A DNA stretch of 64,000 bases from Nemertoderma westbladi (Eukaryota > Animalia > Xenacoelomorpha): positions 1-64,000 of the forward strand of contig JAUCBJ010000097.1 of the NCBI GenBank assembly GCA_032718475.1, written 5' to 3'. A program made the translations under genes and the position numbers. Shown in pieces: positions 58,121 to 64,000 of this stretch. The notes beneath the pieces are model-generated. The model was not told the DNA's origin and did not search any database. It worked only from the letters and a program-made list of their open reading frames with translations. Within the stretch, counting starts at the first letter, position 1. Each line of letters starts with the position of its first letter.

Positions 58121-61100
58121 TGGTTAGGTAAGTCTCATGAATACCAAAGTTCTATGGTCATTGGAGCTGTGGCTTCTACTTTACCGAAAGGTGGGGTAGG
58201 CACACGCTGGGATAAGAAAGTACTATATATGATGGAACAACAACGACGAGACCCTACCATGGCTGATCTCATGTCATTCTTGGATGGAGAAGTGAAATTG
58301 CAACTCCTCAAGCAGTCCCGAGAGAAGACACCGGAAAACAAGGTAAGTGAAAAACCCGTCTCTAGGAGAAAGGTAACACCAGTGTGTTATACAGACGACG
58401 GCGAAAGCCAGACTTCTCCAGGAGAAGATAGCGGGAAAGACACTGATAGATCTTATTATGTCAATAAAATGCCTAAAGATCAGGTAAGTAAATTCAAGTC
58501 TCGAGCAAATGACAGGAGAGAACAGGTAAGAAAAACTCCTCCCACGTCTCCCAAGAGAATTCAGGTGAGAAAGCCCGAAGAAAAGGCAAGTGTACACAAT
58601 GTGACTCAGAATAAGGTAAGTAACATCAAACCGAAATGTGCGCTGTGTGACGGGACCCACCATTTGAATAGGTGTGATGAATTTCTAAAGAAATCATTAA
58701 CGGAGAGACGCGAAGTCATGTGGGATAAGCGGTTATGTTATAATTGCCTCAGACAAGGAGACCAACGGCGAACCTGTTTCTCTGACATAAGGTGTGCAAA
58801 GTGTGGTGCGAAACATCATATCTTGTTGCACGCTGAATTCGATCGAAATAGTCCGAATCAGGTAAGTGATTCCGAGCTACATGTCCAATTCAGTGATGTG
58901 AACGACACTGATCAATCTGAGATGGAAGGATTCTATACAGACGAGTTCTCCGACGAAAACGAATCCTGTTACATGATAAATACCGCAGTGTATCGAGCAC
59001 TCACATATGAAAAGGATACAGACAACGACTTCACTCTAACTACTTCTGAGCGACAACCATCTTGGAAAGAGCCATCTTCCAATGTAGGGATCCGAGAGTT
59101 TCCTGTGGTGCAAGTAAGGGTTCACGGACCTAAGGGGAGTTATGTAGTGAACGCCCTCCTGGACTCCGGCAGCACAGGAACATTCATCGACAAAGAGCTA
59201 GCCGAAGATATATTTGCTGGACAACCCAAGTTCCAAACTAAGCTCAACATGTCCGGCATTATGCAAGTTTGGAAATCTACAATAACAGCTGATTATTATG
59301 TAGGCGCGTTGTCCACCCCACAAGACGAACTAGGAGAACATAGCATAAGGTCAGTGAAAATGGTGGCTATAAAGAACTTCGCTACTACTCAAGCAGACCT
59401 TTATAATTGGGACGAGGATGAGAGCATCCAACATCTTAACATACCTCGATTCCAGACTGATTATCCTGGAGTGCAAATGCTCATCGGCCAAAACGCGCAT
59501 GAGGCGCTGGAGACATTGGAAAAACGGCCTGCTCAACCGCAGCCACTACAGACCTATGCGGTAAGAACTAGAGTAGGTTGGTACTTTACTGGCCCTTCCC
59601 GTAGAACACTCAAAGAAAGACTACCGCAAGAGCGCGTCTGCCAGGTGAGTGAATGGGAAGATGATACTAGTGAAGGAGACGATTTAACTGAGGGAACCCC
59701 ATACTCCTCAGATAACGACGACATTCACCAGCTTTTTGATGAGCAGAATACCATCGACCTCCTTAAGGAAAACGATGCTTGGCAAAACCAAGTGAACTTA
59801 TGTCAACTTCTTTATCCAACAGAACGGGAAGCTTATAACGACGAGTTAAATGACGTCATTGAGCGTCATAATGCCAAGACTCGGGATGAACATGCCGTAC
59901 GATTCTTTACGCAAGAGGCGGTAGAGCCCAATTCCTACGATAAAGCCTTGTCGGTGGAAGAGGAAAGGGCCAAGCAGATCCAAGAGACAACTACACGTTT
60001 CCTCAAAGATCAAGGTAGGTATGAAGTCGGTCTACCTTTCCGCAAGAAAGAACCGAAGTTCATCAATAACAGACCTTTGGCGGAAAAAAGAATCGCGCAA
60101 CTCCATCGACGCCTTACGGCTAATTCTTCAGCTAAAGCAATGTATCAAACACAGCTGGAAAAATTTATTAGTAAGGGATACGCGGAGAGAGTACCGGAAG
60201 AAACACCTGTGACTGAAAGAACGTATTACTTAACTCACCATTACGTTCCTAAACCCGGTAAGCCACACGAAGTGAGAGTAGTGTTTGATGGCTCCGCTCT
60301 TTACATGGGTCAATCCCTTAACTCTGAATTGTTACCCGGACCCAACTTGCTTCAATCTTTGTTGGGAATTCTTTTAAGATTGAGACAATATTCGATTGCT
60401 TTCGCCTCCGATATAGAAGGCATGTTCTTACAAGTCAAGGTGTTGGATAGGGATCGGGATAGTCTACGATTTCTGTGGTGGCCCGAAGGAGACCTCAACC
60501 AGAAACCGGTGGAGTACTGGATGACCATCCAGGCCTTTGGGATAATCTCAAGCCCTTCCAACGCCTGTTCGGTAGTGCGTACCACTGCAGAGGACAACCG
60601 AGAGGCATTCTCTAAGGAAGTGATCGACAACATCAAGAGAGACATATATATGGACGACAATCTGAAGTCCCTCCCATCAGTTGAGGAAGCCATTGAGGTC
60701 GCTAAAGGAACGGTAGAGTGCTTAAAAAGAGGTGGGTTTCGATTAACGAAATTCACCAGCAACTCCCGTGAGTTTCTGGAGTCGATCCCTGCGGAAGATC
60801 GAGGAGCGAAAGATCTCGATTTAATCAAAGATGATCTGCCAGAAACCAAGACACTAGGCTTGAAATGGGACACAGAGCGAGATATCCTGTTTTTCCAGCT
60901 AAAACAGCGAGATAATCCAGTTCGAACCAAACGGATTTGCTTAAGTATACTGAGCACTTATTTCGATCCATTGGGATTTATTAGCCCAGTTATATTGATT
61001 GCTCATAGTTTGGTACAACAAATGTGGCTTGAAAACCACTCATGGGACGATCTACTTAAGGGAGAATTATTGAAGAAGTGGATGGAATGGGAAGATTCTC

Positions 61101-63532
61101 TGCCGGCTATCGAGGATTTTATAATTTCCCGTTCATATTTTGGTCATGTTCTCCCTACGTATTCCTATCAACTCCATGTGTTTGGAGACGCCAGCGATAT
61201 GGGAATAGGTATAGTAGCCTACCTAAGAGTGGAAACTCCGGATGGAATCAAAGTCGCCTTGGTTACTTCTAAGGCATTAATCAACAACAAGTTGAAAGTT
61301 CCTCGAGCGGAGTTAAAGGCGGCTCTATACGCTACAGCCATCGGCCGGAATGTAATGGAACAGATTGACTATCCATTAGAGAAAACTGTCTATTGGACCA
61401 ACGCTTTACTCGTGTTAGAGTATATCACCAATGAAGTCTGTCAGTTCAGCGTCTTCGTTACCAACAGAGTAGCCATCATACTTAGTCGCACGACGATGGA
61501 TCAATGGAGACATTGTCCCGGAACGATTAATCCAGCAGACATCGCTTCCAGGGGAGCGACTCCAAAGGAATTGGTAAATACTCCCGAATGGTTAGGAGGA
61601 CCTGACTTTCTCTACAGAGAAGAAGAAGAATGGCCTCCCCATCTCACAATAGCAGAAATCAGACAGGCCAAGGGAGCGGAGAAAGTTAAACCCAAAACTC
61701 GAGCGAGTAAATCGAAGTTGTTTAAACCTGCGGTTGATCTATCTGTATTATTTACTTCCGGAGAGGATGCTTTGGATCAGAAACCCACCGCCACGGATAA
61801 AGAAGTCTTGGAAATCCGTGACAAGGATTGGAAATCTGGAATACCAGATGTCGCGCAAGGACACTCACCTCTCTTGCAGAGAGCGATACGTCACTACAGT
61901 TCCTGGAATCGGCTCTGTAAAGCCGTCACCTATTTAAAACGATGTTTTCATCATCGTTACTCCGGGACAAAGACCAATAGTGATGATGCTCCATCAACAT
62001 CTGCACGAGTCCATGTTGTTAAAGACCTTCCCCAATACAAGATATCCGACAGGTTTCTAAAGGAGAAGATCAGTTACCAGGAGCATGATGAAACCAACAA
62101 ACAGATGCTGAGACTCCTACAATGCTATGAGGATCCCGATAAGTATTTCCTGTTGTTAAGAAATCCGCAGATGCGCTTAAGGGATCGTTTCTCTAGTACC
62201 ATGATAGATGGGTTAATACGTGTTGGAGGCAGGCTAACCAACGCCCCATTATCCTTTGACACTAAGTTTCCCATCCTCATTAGAAATCTTGACATACAAA
62301 TCAAGATAATTGTAGATGTTCATAGCAAACTGTATCATGCTGGAAGAGAATGAGTTCTGAGCGAAATTCAAACTCGCTACTATTTTTATAAACCCCGTAG
62401 GGCTCTGAACCAAGTTCTTAGGAACTGCATACCCTGTAGGAAAGCATTCAGTAGGCCTTTAACACAGCGAGAGGCAGAATTACCTAGGGAAAGAGTAAGC
62501 TTCTATGAACCACCCTTTACTAATACCGGTGTGGATTTATTTGGCCCTATTGAAGCATATCGTGCCCGGACTATAGTCAAGAGATGGTGTGTCATTTTCG
62601 TTTGTATGACTTGTAGAGCTATCCATCTCGATATGGTAAACGATCTATCCACCAACAGCTTCGTGTTGAGTTTACGACGACAGATCGCTCGCTTCGGAAC
62701 CAGTAACACGATGAGATCGGATAAGGGAACGAACTTCATTGGCGCCAACAACGAAATTCAAGCTTACGTAAAGGACTGGAACAAAAGACAGGTGGACGAT
62801 CAGCTAAGGATAACAGCGTCTAGCTGGACCTTCAACGCCGCCGACGCCCCTTGGTGGGGAGGAAGTTGGGAGAGATTGATTAGGAGCGTGAAGACTGCGT
62901 TCCACTTTATTGTGCCTTGTCGCGCTTATCTCACCGACGAACTATTGCGGACGTTAATGGAGGAAATCGCCGCTTATCTCAATGAAAGACCGCTTATGCC
63001 AGTCTCTTCAAGTCCTGATTCCCTGGAAGCGCTAACACCCGCGCACTTTCTACTGAAGAAACCCGTAGCCATGCTCCCACGATCGGAGATCACAGACGGA
63101 GACGAGTACTGCCGTCGAACCTGGCAACTTATGCAGTTGCTATCCCGTCGTTTCGCTGACCATTTCGAGAAACATTACCTGCCCACTCTACAATTTCGAA
63201 CTAAGTGGTTTGCACAGCAAGAAAACGTCAGCGCTGGAGACATGGTGCTTATTGTGGACCCCGATCTCCCACGTAAGCGATGGCAAACAGGACGTATCAT
63301 CGAGACTTATATCTCGAGCGATGGTTTGGTGCGATCAGTAGAGCTCGTCGTCATGCGGCGGAACTTTAAGAAACCAGGGATAGTCTTTGAGACTCAACAG
63401 CTCAATCGCCCAGTGGGTCGTTTATGTTTACTGGAAAGAGACAGAGAGCTCTCCGGAAACTATGGAAGGCAAGAAATTCTTCCCACGACCACTTCCCTAA
63501 TCCAACCGACATCTAGGGACTCCCCAACTTAA
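58121..63532 (+). pseudogene. BEL-2 gag C-terminus, protease, RT, RNase H and integrase, with one in-frame TGA at 62351-62353
   Basis: In frame with 48124-50844 once Gypsy is removed (~2710 codons in total); the frame continues past the stop through CIPC into the integrase core. Confidence 0.92.
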
Positions 63533-64000
63533 TATCGTTCGGAGTGGGCGTGTGACTCTATTATTCATATTATTTTATTATTTTTATATTTATGTATGTA
63601 TTACTATGTAATTTTATTATAATCGTTTTATTTAATTTAGTAGAATATTATTTAGCGATTATTTTGTAGAATAGTGCAATATATTCGTGTTTATTACGTA
63701 CGTAATTACTTATATTATATTTAGTGCGACGGCGAAGAAATAATAATTTTTTCTCTTTCCTTACTGTCCGTATTATATTATAAATACGTAACTACAGTAA
63801 GATGACATATCCGTACTTATTAAAGTACAATAAAGCCACTACTATATTTAAGTATTATTGGTAGGCAGAGTATTAGGAATGCAAAGTTCAGATCCTCGTG
63901 TCTCGGCTAAACCAAGCTCTGGGTAGACCTTGGAAACGACTTGCCTCTTCACACTGACATTGCTTCGTGCGATATTGCTCTCATACCGTATATTAAATAA

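Larger units (their letters stand above)
44699..64000 (+). mobile_element. BEL/Pao LTR retrotransposon 2: full domain set, interrupted by Gypsy; 3' end outside window
   Basis: 5' LTR 44699-45870; leader, gag and 3' region homologous to element 1; RT (SDIEGMFLQV, YMDD), Pao RNase H (LHVFGDAS, PRAEL), integrase (GVDLFGP, SDKGTNF, WERLIRSVK). Confidence 0.95.

Overview
AT-rich animal (invertebrate-like) genomic DNA. The only host gene is a + strand anoctamin/TMEM16 gene (ANO7-like). Eleven phase-consistent coding exons (3536-44661, about 578 codons) lie in the window; the start exon was not identified and the C-terminal exons lie beyond the window. The introns are packed with repeats. BEL/Pao LTR element 1 (10366-27215) is young and internally deleted (Gag-protease only), and its 3' LTR carries a CACT-type DNA transposon that encodes only a spliced accessory protein. 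BEL/Pao element 2 (44699 to beyond 64000) is full-domain and has an intact Gypsy element nested in its gag. Also present: an L2/Crack-like LINE split by a solo LTR, RTE fragments, a Kolobok-like element, Meta-type SINEs and four minisatellites (47, 33, 37 and 36 bp units). Most interesting signal: both BEL elements lack a TGG tRNA-type primer-binding site. The 12 nt after the 5' LTR are instead the exact reverse complement of the 3' end of a conserved, hairpin-rich ~95-nt island inside their own LTR, which suggests an element-encoded or self-priming system. All comparisons were made by eye; no searches or folding programs were run.
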